Source of the DNA: Caulobacteraceae bacterium
GTDB lineage: Bacteria; Pseudomonadota; Alphaproteobacteria; Caulobacterales; Caulobacteraceae
DNA: 64,000 nucleotides
Direction: 5' to 3'
Assembly: GCA_049791955.1 (NCBI GenBank)
Contig: JBARAK010000372.1
Span: 1,729-65,728 of the forward strand
Shown here: piece by piece, positions 9,237 through 17,794 of the stretch
Layout of the letters: every line of letters begins with the position of its first letter
Numbering within the stretch: the stretch's first letter is position 1
The notes under the pieces: generated by a model
The model's input: only the letters and a program-made list of their open reading frames with translations
Database searches by the model: none
Told to the model about the DNA's origin: nothing
Program-made: the position numbers and the translations under genes

Positions 9237-10241
9237 ATGACTGAAACCGTTTGTCTCAGCCTCGATGAGGCTACGGCGCTTGCGGTGCGTGCGCTGGAAG
9301 GCGCCGACGTGGGTGCATCCAACGCCCAAAGCACCGCCCGCGCCCTGGTCGCGGCGGAAGCGGACGGGCAGAAGGGTCATGGCTTGTCGCGCGTTCCCTC
9401 CTACGCCTTGCAGGCTCGGGTCGGGAAGGTGGCCGGTCACGCTATCCCGTTGCTCGAACGCGCCGCCCCTGCGGCCGTGCGCATCGACGGCGGTCTGGGT
9501 TTCGCCTATCCGGCGCTCGACATGGCGATCGAGGCGCTGGTTCCGCTAGCCCGCGTCAACGCCATCGCCGCCGCGGTGATCCGCCGTTCGCATCACTTCG
9601 GCCAAGCCGGCGCTCACGCTGAACGTCTGGCGGAGCAGGGGTTGATCGCCCTGGTGTTCGGCAATTCCCCCAAGGGCATGGCCTTCTGGGGCGCGGCGCG
9701 GCCACGCACCGGCACCAATCCGATCGCCTTCGCCAGCCCATTGCCTGCCCAGCCGCCGCTGGTGATCGATCTCGCCCTGTCCCAGGTGGCGCGCGGACGC
9801 ATCGTCGCTGCCCAGCAAGCCGGGCAAAGCATTCCCGAAGGCTGGGCCGTGGACGCTGAAGGCCAGCCGACCACCGATCCGGCCCTGGCGCTGAAGGGCG
9901 CCATGTTGCCCATCGGCGGGGCCAAGGGGTCGGCCCTGGCGCTGATGGTGGAGATCCTGTCCGCCGCGCTCGCTGGCGCGGCTTTCGGCTGGGAGGCGTC
10001 GTCTCTGTTCGACGACCAGGGCGGTCCGCCGGACCTTGGCCAGACCCTGGTGGCCCTGGATCCCCAAGCGTTGTCCGGCGGCGCCTTCATGGCTCGGATG
10101 GGGGCCCTGCTCGCGGCAATCGACGAGGACGATGGCGCCCGCCTGCCCGGAACCCGTCGGCTCGCCGCGCGCGCAAAGGCCATGGCCGAGGGGGTGCGGA
10201 TTCCTGCCGGACTCCACACCGAGATCCTGACCCTGACCTGA
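9237..10241 (+). CDS. Ldh family oxidoreductase (malate/L-lactate/sulfolactate dehydrogenase family 2)
   Basis: GQKGHGLSRVPSY, SHHFGQAG and PIGGAKGSALALMVEILS are Ldh_2 family motifs. Confidence 0.85.
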   Translation: MTETVCLSLDEATALAVRALEGADVGASNAQSTARALVAAEADGQKGHGLSRVPSYALQARVGKVAGHAIPLLERAAPAAVRIDGGLGFAYPALDMAIEALVPLARVNAIAAAVIRRSHHFGQAGAHAERLAEQGLIALVFGNSPKGMAFWGAARPRTGTNPIAFASPLPAQPPLVIDLALSQVARGRIVAAQQAGQSIPEGWAVDAEGQPTTDPALALKGAMLPIGGAKGSALALMVEILSAALAGAAFGWEASSLFDDQGGPPDLGQTLVALDPQALSGGAFMARMGALLAAIDEDDGARLPGTRRLAARAKAMAEGVRIPAGLHTEILTLT

Positions 10242-10279
10242 ACCTTATCCGCCTCGCGCTGTCGCAACTGAGGAAGGAT

Positions 10280-10732
10280 TTACGCGCCGATCGTCTTCAG
10301 CAGCCGCGCGGTCTCCAGGCAGGCCAAGGCGGCTTCGCGGCCCTTGTTCTCGTGGCCAGGACGGCTACGGGCTTCTGCCTGGGCGTCGTCGTAGGTGGTC
10401 AGGACGCCGAAGCTGAGCGGGACGCCGGTTTCCAGTGCTCCGGTCATCAGGCCTAAGCTCGCGCCCAGGCTGATGAACTCGAAGTGGGCGGTGTCGCCCT
10501 TGATCACGCAACCCAGGCAGACCACGCCCTGGTAGCGTCCGGTCTTGGCCAGGGCCTTGGCGATCAGCGGCAGCTCGAACGCGCCCGGCGCCTCGAACAG
10601 GTCTTCATCCCGCAGTGCGCAGCCGGCCTCGGCCAGGGTCTCACGCGCGCCGGCCAGCAGGCCGCCGGTGACCTCGGGGTTGAAGCGGCTGACTACCACG
10701 GCGATGCGCGGGGTGAAGGTAGGGGCGCTCAT
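10280..10732 (-). CDS. ribH: 6,7-dimethyl-8-ribityllumazine synthase
   Basis: RIAVVVSRFNPEVTGGLLAGA..., GVVCLGCVIKGDTAHFEF. There is an ATGA start/stop overlap with ribBA. Confidence 0.95.
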   Translation of the reverse strand: MSAPTFTPRIAVVVSRFNPEVTGGLLAGARETLAEAGCALRDEDLFEAPGAFELPLIAKALAKTGRYQGVVCLGCVIKGDTAHFEFISLGASLGLMTGALETGVPLSFGVLTTYDDAQAEARSRPGHENKGREAALACLETARLLKTIGA

Positions 10733-11982
10733 CGGCAGGTTTCCATGACCTTGGTCGGGACAGGGGGGAGAGTGGACCCGGCTTGAGGCAGGTCATGGCC
10801 CAGGCGTTCGCGCTTGGCGGCGAGGTAGGCGGCGTTGTGCGGATTGGGGGCGACCTGCACGGGAACGCGGCCCTCGATCGTGATCCCGTAGGCCTCCAGC
10901 GTCTCGACCTTGCGTGGATTGTTGGTCAGCAATCTGATCCGCTCCAGCCCCAGGGCCTTCAGGATCTGAGCCGCGACGCCGTAGTCGCGGCTATCCACCG
11001 GCAAGCCCAGCGCGGTGTTGGCGTCCACCGTATCGAGCCCCTGGTCCTGCAGGGCATAGGCGCGGATCTTGTTGACCAGCCCGACCCCACGCCCTTCCTG
11101 TCCGCGGAGATAGATCAGCACCCCGCCACTGGGCGAGGCGGCGATCTCGGCCAGCGACCGGCGCAACTGCTCACCGCAGTCGCAGCGCAACGAGCCGAGT
11201 GCGTCCCCGGTGAGGCATTCGGAGTGCACCCGCACCAGCGGCGTCCCCACGAACGGCCGTTTGACCAGCGCCAGGTGCTCACCGCCATCCAGCCGGTTGA
11301 TGAAGGCGTGGGCTTCTAGGTCCTCCGCTCCGGCGTAGGCGCTGGGCAGGCGGGCGACCACCTGTTCCTCCACCCACTGCTCATGGACCATGCGGTAGGC
11401 GACCAGTTCGCGGATGGTCAGGATCGGCAGGCCGTGGCGTTCGGCGAACACTTCGAGCTCCGGCCGGCGGGCCATGGTCCCATCGGGGTTCATCACCTCG
11501 CAGATCACCGCGGCGGGCTCCAGCCCGGCCATGCGCATCAGGTCGACCGAGCCCTCGGTGTGGCCGGTGCGGACCAGCACCCCGTTCTCGACCGCCCGCA
11601 GCGGAAAGATGTGTCCGGGCGAGACGATGTCGGCGGCGACCGCTTCGGGCGCGACCGCAGCGGCGACGGTCCTCGCCCGGTCAGCAGCCGAGATACCGGT
11701 GGTGACGCCCGTGCGCGCCTCGATGGAAACGGTGAAGGCGGTCTGGCGGCTGGTGCGATTGACCTGGACCATGGGCGCTAGGCCCAGCCGATCGACCCGC
11801 TCGCCGGTCAGGGCCAGACAGATCAGGCCGCGCGCCTCGGCCGCCAGGAAGTTGATGGCCGCGGCGTCGGCGAACTGGGCGGCGATGACGAGGTCGCCTT
11901 CGTTCTCCCGGTCCTCGTCGTCGACCAGGATGATCATGCCCCCCGCCTTCAGGCGGGTCAGGGCGTCAGATAGGGCTGACAT
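10729..11982 (-). CDS. ribBA: bifunctional 3,4-dihydroxy-2-butanone-4-phosphate synthase / GTP cyclohydrolase II
   Basis: The N-terminal DHBP synthase part has DDEDRENEGDLV and HTEGSVDL. The C-terminal GCH-II part has VRVHSECLTGD and CDCG. Confidence 0.95.
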   Translation of the reverse strand: MSALSDALTRLKAGGMIILVDDEDRENEGDLVIAAQFADAAAINFLAAEARGLICLALTGERVDRLGLAPMVQVNRTSRQTAFTVSIEARTGVTTGISAADRARTVAAAVAPEAVAADIVSPGHIFPLRAVENGVLVRTGHTEGSVDLMRMAGLEPAAVICEVMNPDGTMARRPELEVFAERHGLPILTIRELVAYRMVHEQWVEEQVVARLPSAYAGAEDLEAHAFINRLDGGEHLALVKRPFVGTPLVRVHSECLTGDALGSLRCDCGEQLRRSLAEIAASPSGGVLIYLRGQEGRGVGLVNKIRAYALQDQGLDTVDANTALGLPVDSRDYGVAAQILKALGLERIRLLTNNPRKVETLEAYGITIEGRVPVQVAPNPHNAAYLAAKRERLGHDLPQAGSTLPPVPTKVMETCR

Positions 11983-12572
11983 AGGCGCTCCACGTATTTG
12001 GCCATGACGTCCACCTCGATATTCACGCGGCTTCCGGGGCGCGCGTGCTTCAGGGTGGTGGCCGTCCAGGTGTGAGGGATGATGGTCAGGCCGATGCGGA
12101 ACTGGCCGTCCGCTTCCAGCGCTGACACGGCGTTCAGGGTCAGGCTAATGCCTGAGATGGCGATGGAGCCCTTCTCGACGCAATATCGATAGAGGGTGGC
12201 TGGCAGGGCCAGGGCCAGTTCGATGCTATCGCCACGCGGCGTGATGCGTTCGACCTCCCCGACCGCATCGACATGGCCCTGGACCAGGTGGCCAGACAGG
12301 CGGGTCGACAGGCTGGCGGCGCGTTCCAGATTGACGGGGCCGCCTTCGACCAGACCGCCGAGCGTGGTGCGGGCAAGGGTTTCGTAGCTGACGAAGAAGC
12401 GGGCGAACGCCGGCTCAGACCCGTCGGCTACGGTTAGGCATGCACCATCCACCGCCACGCTCTCGCCGAGCGCCAGGTCGTTGTATCCCGTCTCCAGGTC
12501 CATGATCGCGGCGTCGGCGGACCTTTCGATGTGGCGCACGCGGCCCAGCCGCTCGACTATGCCGGTGAACAT
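11958..12572 (-). CDS. ribE: riboflavin synthase
   Basis: MFTGIVE start and duplicated lumazine-binding repeats (GESVAVDGACLTV / GSIAISGISLTL). It overlaps ribBA by 25 nt. Confidence 0.9.
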   Translation of the reverse strand: MFTGIVERLGRVRHIERSADAAIMDLETGYNDLALGESVAVDGACLTVADGSEPAFARFFVSYETLARTTLGGLVEGGPVNLERAASLSTRLSGHLVQGHVDAVGEVERITPRGDSIELALALPATLYRYCVEKGSIAISGISLTLNAVSALEADGQFRIGLTIIPHTWTATTLKHARPGSRVNIEVDVMAKYVERLCQPYLTP

Positions 12573-13609
12573 TCGGACTCCTCGAAGGTGAAGCATTCGG
12601 TCCGCGCTGGATCGCGGCGGTGAACCTCGACCGTCTCGAGGCGGCCCGGCGCGGTCTCGGGCGAGGCTTGGCGGATCAGCACATGTTCGTCCCAGAAGCC
12701 GGACTGGAGCACGGCCTCGGACAGGCCCGGGCCGGCTTCCACCAGCACTTCCATGGCGCCCCGGCGGCCAAGTTCATCCAAAGCTGCTTCGAGATTCGTC
12801 GCCCGATAGGCGTCCAGACCGCGGGTGGCGGCGGCCTTGAGCCAGGAGTCTGGGACACGTCCGCGCCGGTCCAGCACTGCCAGCGGTCGCCGCTTGCCGC
12901 CATGGTCGGCGACATGGCGCACGGTGAAGGCTGGATCGTCGGCAAGCACCGTGCCTGAGCCGGTCAATATCGCGTCGGCCCGGCGCCGCAGGCGATGGGC
13001 GTAGGTCAGCGCGGATTGGGAGGTGAAGGTGGTGCGCCCCTGAGGCGGAATCATCGAGCCCACCGGGTCGAGCGCCTGCTTCACCGTCACCCATGGGCGC
13101 CCGGTGGCCTGCCGCTTGGCGAACGGCGCGATCAACTCGGCGCACTGTACGCCCAGAGGCGAGGCCGCATCGATCACGCATACTTCAATCCCGGCGGCCG
13201 CCAGCCGTGCGGCGCCGCCGCTGGCGTTGGCGTTGGGGTCGCCCGCACCGATCCAGACTGTGCGCACAGGCGCCCGCAGCAACGCCTCGACACAGGGGGG
13301 CGTGCGGCCCCAGTGGTTGCAGGGCTCCAAGGTGACGATGGCGGTGCGGATACGCTCCATCGTCCCGGCTTCGCGGCACTGGGCCAGGGCGTTGACTTCG
13401 GCATGGCCTTCGCCAGCACGTTGGTGGGCCGCCGCGGCCAGCGATTGTCCGGCCTTGTCCAGCAGGACACAGCCTACCGTCGGGTTCGGCGCGGTCGCTC
13501 CGCGCCGCTCCGCCGCGATCGCCAGGGCCAGTTCAAAGGCGGATGCGATCGAGGGCGGTGGAGGAGGGGAATAGATCGGCGAAGCGTCCAACGACAAATT
13601 CCCAGTCAT
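12557..13609 (-). CDS. ribD: bifunctional diaminohydroxyphosphoribosylaminopyrimidine deaminase / 5-amino-6-(5-phosphoribosylamino)uracil reductase
   Basis: Deaminase zinc motifs HAEVNAL and TLEPCNHWGRTPPC are present, with a C-terminal reductase domain. The start is uncertain: ATG 13609 chosen, TTG 13702 possible. Confidence 0.9.
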   Translation of the reverse strand: MTGNLSLDASPIYSPPPPPSIASAFELALAIAAERRGATAPNPTVGCVLLDKAGQSLAAAAHQRAGEGHAEVNALAQCREAGTMERIRTAIVTLEPCNHWGRTPPCVEALLRAPVRTVWIGAGDPNANASGGAARLAAAGIEVCVIDAASPLGVQCAELIAPFAKRQATGRPWVTVKQALDPVGSMIPPQGRTTFTSQSALTYAHRLRRRADAILTGSGTVLADDPAFTVRHVADHGGKRRPLAVLDRRGRVPDSWLKAAATRGLDAYRATNLEAALDELGRRGAMEVLVEAGPGLSEAVLQSGFWDEHVLIRQASPETAPGRLETVEVHRRDPARTECFTFEESECSPA

Positions 13610-13833
13610 CGCCACGAGACGAGCGAAAAAACATGCCAAGGACTTCGAGAGCGGGCGAACGTCCTGACCCCTGTTCGACGCGGCGCTACTGGCGGTCGAC
13701 AACGATCAGACGACAGTTAATCCGGAGCTTTGTCGCTACAAGGCAATTCGAAAATCGTCGAAGCTAACATTTCAGCCCATCGTCACAGCGGCCTCACATC
13801 CCATGAGACGCAACCGCGGCGGTCTGGGCTAGG

Positions 13834-15333
13834 ATGGGCCCCATGGCCGCTCGTCCGCTCATCCTCGCCCTGGACCAGGGCACCACCTCCAGCCGGGCCA
13901 TCGTGTTCGACGCCGCCGCTGGCGTCGTGGCCGTGGCCCAGGCGGAGTTCCCGCAGATCTACCCCTCGGAAGGCTGGGTGGAGCACGATCCGGAGATGAT
14001 CTGGTCGAGTCAGCTCGCCGTCGCCCGCCAGGCCATGCGCGCCGCCGAGGCCAGGGGCGGCGAGGTGGTCGCTATCGGCGTCGCCAACCAGCGCGAGACC
14101 GCCCTGGTGTGGGAGCGCGCCACTGGCCAACCGATCTACAACGCCATCGTCTGGCAGGACCGTCGCACCGCCGAACTTTGCCGCCGGCATGCGCACGAGG
14201 GCGCCGAAGCACTGATCCAGGCGCGCACGGGGCTCTTGCTCGATCCCTACTTTTCCGCCGCGAAGGTGGGTTGGATATTGGATCGGGTCGATGGCGCGAG
14301 GGGCCGCGCCGAGATGGGGGAGCTCGCCTTCGGCACGGTGGACAGTTTCCTGCTGTGGCGGCTGACCGGCGGCCGGGTCCACGCCACTGACGCCACCAAC
14401 GCCAGCCGCACCAGTCTCTACGACATCCACCGCAATCGTTGGGATCCGGAACTGCTCGACCTGTTTCGCATCCCCGCGCCGCTGTTGCCTGAGGTGAAGG
14501 ATTGCGCTGCTGAATTTGGGCGGACCGAGCCCGAGTTGTTCGGCCGCTCCCTGCCGATTCTGGGGATCGCCGGCGACCAGCAGGCCGCCGCTATTGGCCA
14601 ATGCGGTTTCCGACCCGGCGATATCAAGGCCACCTACGGCACGGGCGCTTTTGTGCTGGTCAACACGGGTGGCGAGCCTAAGCCATCCAGCAACCGCCTG
14701 CTGACCACCATCGCCTATCGTCTTGACGGTCATACGAGCTACGCGCTGGAGGGGGGCATCTTCGTGGCGGGGGCGGCGGTGCAGTGGCTAAGGGATGGAC
14801 TTGGGGTCATCCGCAACGCTGCCGAGACCGAGGGGCTGGCGCGCGGGCTCGGCTCCAATGGCGGCGTCTATCTGGTGCCGGCCTTCACTGGCCTGGGCGC
14901 GCCGCACTGGGACCCGGATGCGCGTGGCGCCATCTTCGGCCTGACCCGCGCCACCGGTCCGGCCGAGCTGGCCCGCGCCGCCCTGGAGTCGGTCTGCCTG
15001 CAGACGCTCGATCTGCTGAAGGCGATGGTGGAGGACGGCGTGCGGCCGGCCACGCTGAAGGTGGACGGCGGGATGGTCGCCAACGACTGGCTCTGCCAGG
15101 CGCTCGCCGACGTGTTGGACCTGCCGGTTGAGCGCCCTCAAGTTTTGGAGACGACCGCACTCGGCGCCGCCTACCTGGCCGGGCGGAGGGCAGGGATCTA
15201 TGGCGATTTCGACGCCTTCCGCGATGTCTGGCGGCTGCAGAAGCGTTTCGATCCCCAGATGGACCCGCGCCGTCGGCGCGCCCTGGTCGAAGGTTGGCGC
15301 GACGCGGTCCGGCGGACGCGGACAGGTGGATGA
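13834..15333 (+). CDS. glpK: glycerol kinase
   Basis: [33 protein letters not shown] and GDQQAA are canonical FGGY/GlpK motifs. Confidence 0.95.
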   Translation: MGPMAARPLILALDQGTTSSRAIVFDAAAGVVAVAQAEFPQIYPSEGWVEHDPEMIWSSQLAVARQAMRAAEARGGEVVAIGVANQRETALVWERATGQPIYNAIVWQDRRTAELCRRHAHEGAEALIQARTGLLLDPYFSAAKVGWILDRVDGARGRAEMGELAFGTVDSFLLWRLTGGRVHATDATNASRTSLYDIHRNRWDPELLDLFRIPAPLLPEVKDCAAEFGRTEPELFGRSLPILGIAGDQQAAAIGQCGFRPGDIKATYGTGAFVLVNTGGEPKPSSNRLLTTIAYRLDGHTSYALEGGIFVAGAAVQWLRDGLGVIRNAAETEGLARGLGSNGGVYLVPAFTGLGAPHWDPDARGAIFGLTRATGPAELARAALESVCLQTLDLLKAMVEDGVRPATLKVDGGMVANDWLCQALADVLDLPVERPQVLETTALGAAYLAGRRAGIYGDFDAFRDVWRLQKRFDPQMDPRRRRALVEGWRDAVRRTRTGG

Positions 15334-15374
15334 CCTCACCCTCTGCGGCGGAGGATGGAAAGGGGAAAGGAACC

Positions 15375-16250
15375 ATGCGGAAAGTTGAACTGGCGCTGGA
15401 CGCGAAGGCCGCGCTTGGGGAATGCCCGCGCTGGCACGTGGGCGAGGGCGTGCTGTACTTCGTCGACATCACGGCCAGGACCCTGACCCGCTTTGATCCC
15501 GCCACCGGCGCCTGGGCCAGCCGCAGCTTCGAGCAGCCGGTGGGCTGTTTCGCCTTCCGGCGCGCGGGCGGGTTCGTGCTGGGCATGAAGGACGGCTTCG
15601 CCCTGCTGGACGCCTTCGATGGCGAACCGCGTCCGTTTGGCGCCCAAGTCGAGGCCGCTCGCGCCCAAGTCCGTTTCAATGATGGCCGGGCCGATGCGGT
15701 AGGGCGGTTCTGGGCCGGGACCATGGATGGGACTAAGATCCAGGGCGACGGAGCGCTATATCGCCTCGATCCCGATGGGTCGGTGACACGGATGGCGGAG
15801 GGGGCGTTGACCTCCAACGGAGTGGCGTTCTCGCCGGATGGACAGACCTTGTACTATTCGGACACCCCGGCCCACCGAATCACGGCCTATGATTTCGACC
15901 TGGCGGCGGGCGCGATCGCCAGGCCCCGGACCTTCCACGCCTTCCCGTATGGGAATGGCCGGCCGGACGGAGCGACGGTGGATGTGGAAGGCGCCTATTG
16001 GTGCGCGCTCTATGCCGGGGGCCGAGTCGTGCGCCTTTCGGTGCAGGGTGAGATCGTGGAGGAGGTCGAGATCCCGGCCCCCAATGTCACCATGATCGGC
16101 TTCGGCGGCGCGGACTTGCGCACCGCCTATGTCACAACGGCCCGCCAGAACGCCTCACCCGAGGATCTGGAGCGCTTCCCCCACGCGGGCGGCCTGTTCA
16201 CTTTCCGCGTCGATGTCCCGGGTCTGGTGGAGCGGCCGTTCGGAGGATGA
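15375..16250 (+). CDS. SMP-30/gluconolactonase/LRE family protein
   Basis: LGECPRWH, RFNDGRADAVGRFWAGTM, SNGVAFSPDG and RPDGATVD indicate the six-bladed propeller lactonase family. Confidence 0.85.
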   Translation: MRKVELALDAKAALGECPRWHVGEGVLYFVDITARTLTRFDPATGAWASRSFEQPVGCFAFRRAGGFVLGMKDGFALLDAFDGEPRPFGAQVEAARAQVRFNDGRADAVGRFWAGTMDGTKIQGDGALYRLDPDGSVTRMAEGALTSNGVAFSPDGQTLYYSDTPAHRITAYDFDLAAGAIARPRTFHAFPYGNGRPDGATVDVEGAYWCALYAGGRVVRLSVQGEIVEEVEIPAPNVTMIGFGGADLRTAYVTTARQNASPEDLERFPHAGGLFTFRVDVPGLVERPFGG

Positions 16251-16263
16251 CAGGTCCGGGTGG

Positions 16264-16713
16264 TCAGGGCTCGAAGCGTGTCGAGATAAGCGCGCCTTCG
16301 ATCAGGGTGCGATGAACCGGACAGTGGTCCGCGATTTCCATCAGGCGGGCGCGCTGGAGTTCGTCGAGCGGGCCTCGCAGCCGGACGGTGCGTTCGAACC
16401 GGGTGGGGCCGTGGCCGGTTCGGCTCTCCAGCACCTCGACCTCGATCTTCTCCAACGGCCAGCCCTTGCGCTGGGCGTACATGCGAAGGGTGATCGCCGT
16501 ACATGCGCCAAGGCCGGCGCTGACCAGTTGGTGCGGAGTGGGCCCGGTGTCCATGCCGCCCGCACTCGCCGGTTCGTCGGCGTAGAAGTGCGACGGTCCG
16601 GCTTCGACCTCCACCTGGTAGGGGCCCGCACCCGTTTCCACCACCCGCACCACACCGGTTCGGGACGCGGCCGTGGCGGCGGAAGTGTCCGGAACGATAC
16701 GCGTGTCCGTCAT
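16264..16713 (-). CDS. OsmC family protein
   Basis: In-frame ATG at 16713. [22 protein letters not shown] and [10 protein letters not shown] are the OsmC Cys motifs. It is divergent from a LysR gene. Confidence 0.85.
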   Translation of the reverse strand: MTDTRIVPDTSAATAASRTGVVRVVETGAGPYQVEVEAGPSHFYADEPASAGGMDTGPTPHQLVSAGLGACTAITLRMYAQRKGWPLEKIEVEVLESRTGHGPTRFERTVRLRGPLDELQRARLMEIADHCPVHRTLIEGALISTRFEP

Positions 16714-16845
16714 TGGCGGTTTCCTCCGCGGCCAAGCTTGCGCATGATCCAGGCGAGTTTTCGGCGGACCGTGATTCTGGAGTTCGAGCATGTCGGCCGC
16801 GAAAACCGGCGTCCATTCTTTCCTGCCATGCGCTAGCCCCACGTC

Positions 16846-17775
16846 ATGACCCTGGAACAGCTGCGCATCTTCGTCGCCGTGGCCACGCGCGAACACGTGA
16901 CCCGGGCGGCGGCCGACCTGAACCTGACCCAGTCGGCCGTCAGTGCGGCGATCTCCTCCCTGGAAACACGCCATGACGTGCGGTTGTTCGACCGGGTTGG
17001 GCGCAATATCGTACTCAATCAGGCTGGCGAATTGTTCCTGCAGGAGGCGCGTGCGGTGCTGGCGCGCGCCGACGCTGCAGAGGCGGCGTTGGCGGATCTG
17101 GGGGGCCTGAAGCGCGGCCGGCTATCGGCGCACGCCAGCCAGACCATCGCCAGCTACTGGCTGCCGGCCCGACTGGTGGCCTTCCACGAATCCTATCCGG
17201 GCATCGAGGTGGAAGTGGCTATCGGCAACACCGCCGAGGTGGTGGAGGCCCTACTGGCGGGAGCGGCGGAGCTCGGGCTGGTCGAAGGCGAGGTCGACGA
17301 GCCGGCGCTGTCTCGTGAAGCGGTTGGTTCAGACAGCATGATGGTGGTGGTCGGCCGCCGCCATCCCTGGATCGAACGCCCGCCTGAACGTCCCGAGGAG
17401 TTGCTGCAGACCAGTTGGGTTCTTCGCGAGCTGGGATCGGGCACCCGTTCGGTGTTCGAGGCGGTAATCGCCAATCTCGGCCTTGATCCTGCAGCTCTGC
17501 GCGTCGCCCTGACCCTGCCGGCGAACGAGGCGGTGCTGTCGGCGGTGGAGGCGGGGGCTGGGGCCACCGCCATCTCGGCCAGCGTGGCGGCGGCGGGCCT
17601 TCGTGCCGGCGCCTTGCATCGGATCGCCTTCGACCTGCCAGCGCGCAGCTTCTACCTGTTGCGCCACAAGCAGCGCTACCACAGCAAGGCCGGCGACGTG
17701 TTCGTCGCCCTGGCCCGCTCCATGTCCGGCGTCATGGCAGGCGATTGGGCGACAGGAGATGGCGACGCGATCTGA
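16846..17775 (+). CDS. LysR family transcriptional regulator
   Basis: N-terminal w[43 protein letters not shown] plus a LysR substrate-binding domain. Confidence 0.9.
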   Translation: MTLEQLRIFVAVATREHVTRAAADLNLTQSAVSAAISSLETRHDVRLFDRVGRNIVLNQAGELFLQEARAVLARADAAEAALADLGGLKRGRLSAHASQTIASYWLPARLVAFHESYPGIEVEVAIGNTAEVVEALLAGAAELGLVEGEVDEPALSREAVGSDSMMVVVGRRHPWIERPPERPEELLQTSWVLRELGSGTRSVFEAVIANLGLDPAALRVALTLPANEAVLSAVEAGAGATAISASVAAAGLRAGALHRIAFDLPARSFYLLRHKQRYHSKAGDVFVALARSMSGVMAGDWATGDGDAI

Positions 17776-17794
17776 AGTCGTCCGACCCTACTGG

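Noticed and set aside
13610-13833. Possible FMN (RFN) riboswitch in the ribD leader. Fragments ACTGGCGGTCGA and GACGACAGTTAATCCGGAG (about 13688-13728) resemble conserved RFN segments.
   Set aside because: The fragments are on the plus strand, whereas ribD is on the minus strand. They are only about 10 nt apart instead of being separated by the P3-P5 stems. The GGGTGAAATTCCC-type 5' element is absent. On the minus strand no RFN core is visible. The resemblance is probably coincidental, and the rib operon here appears to lack an FMN riboswitch.
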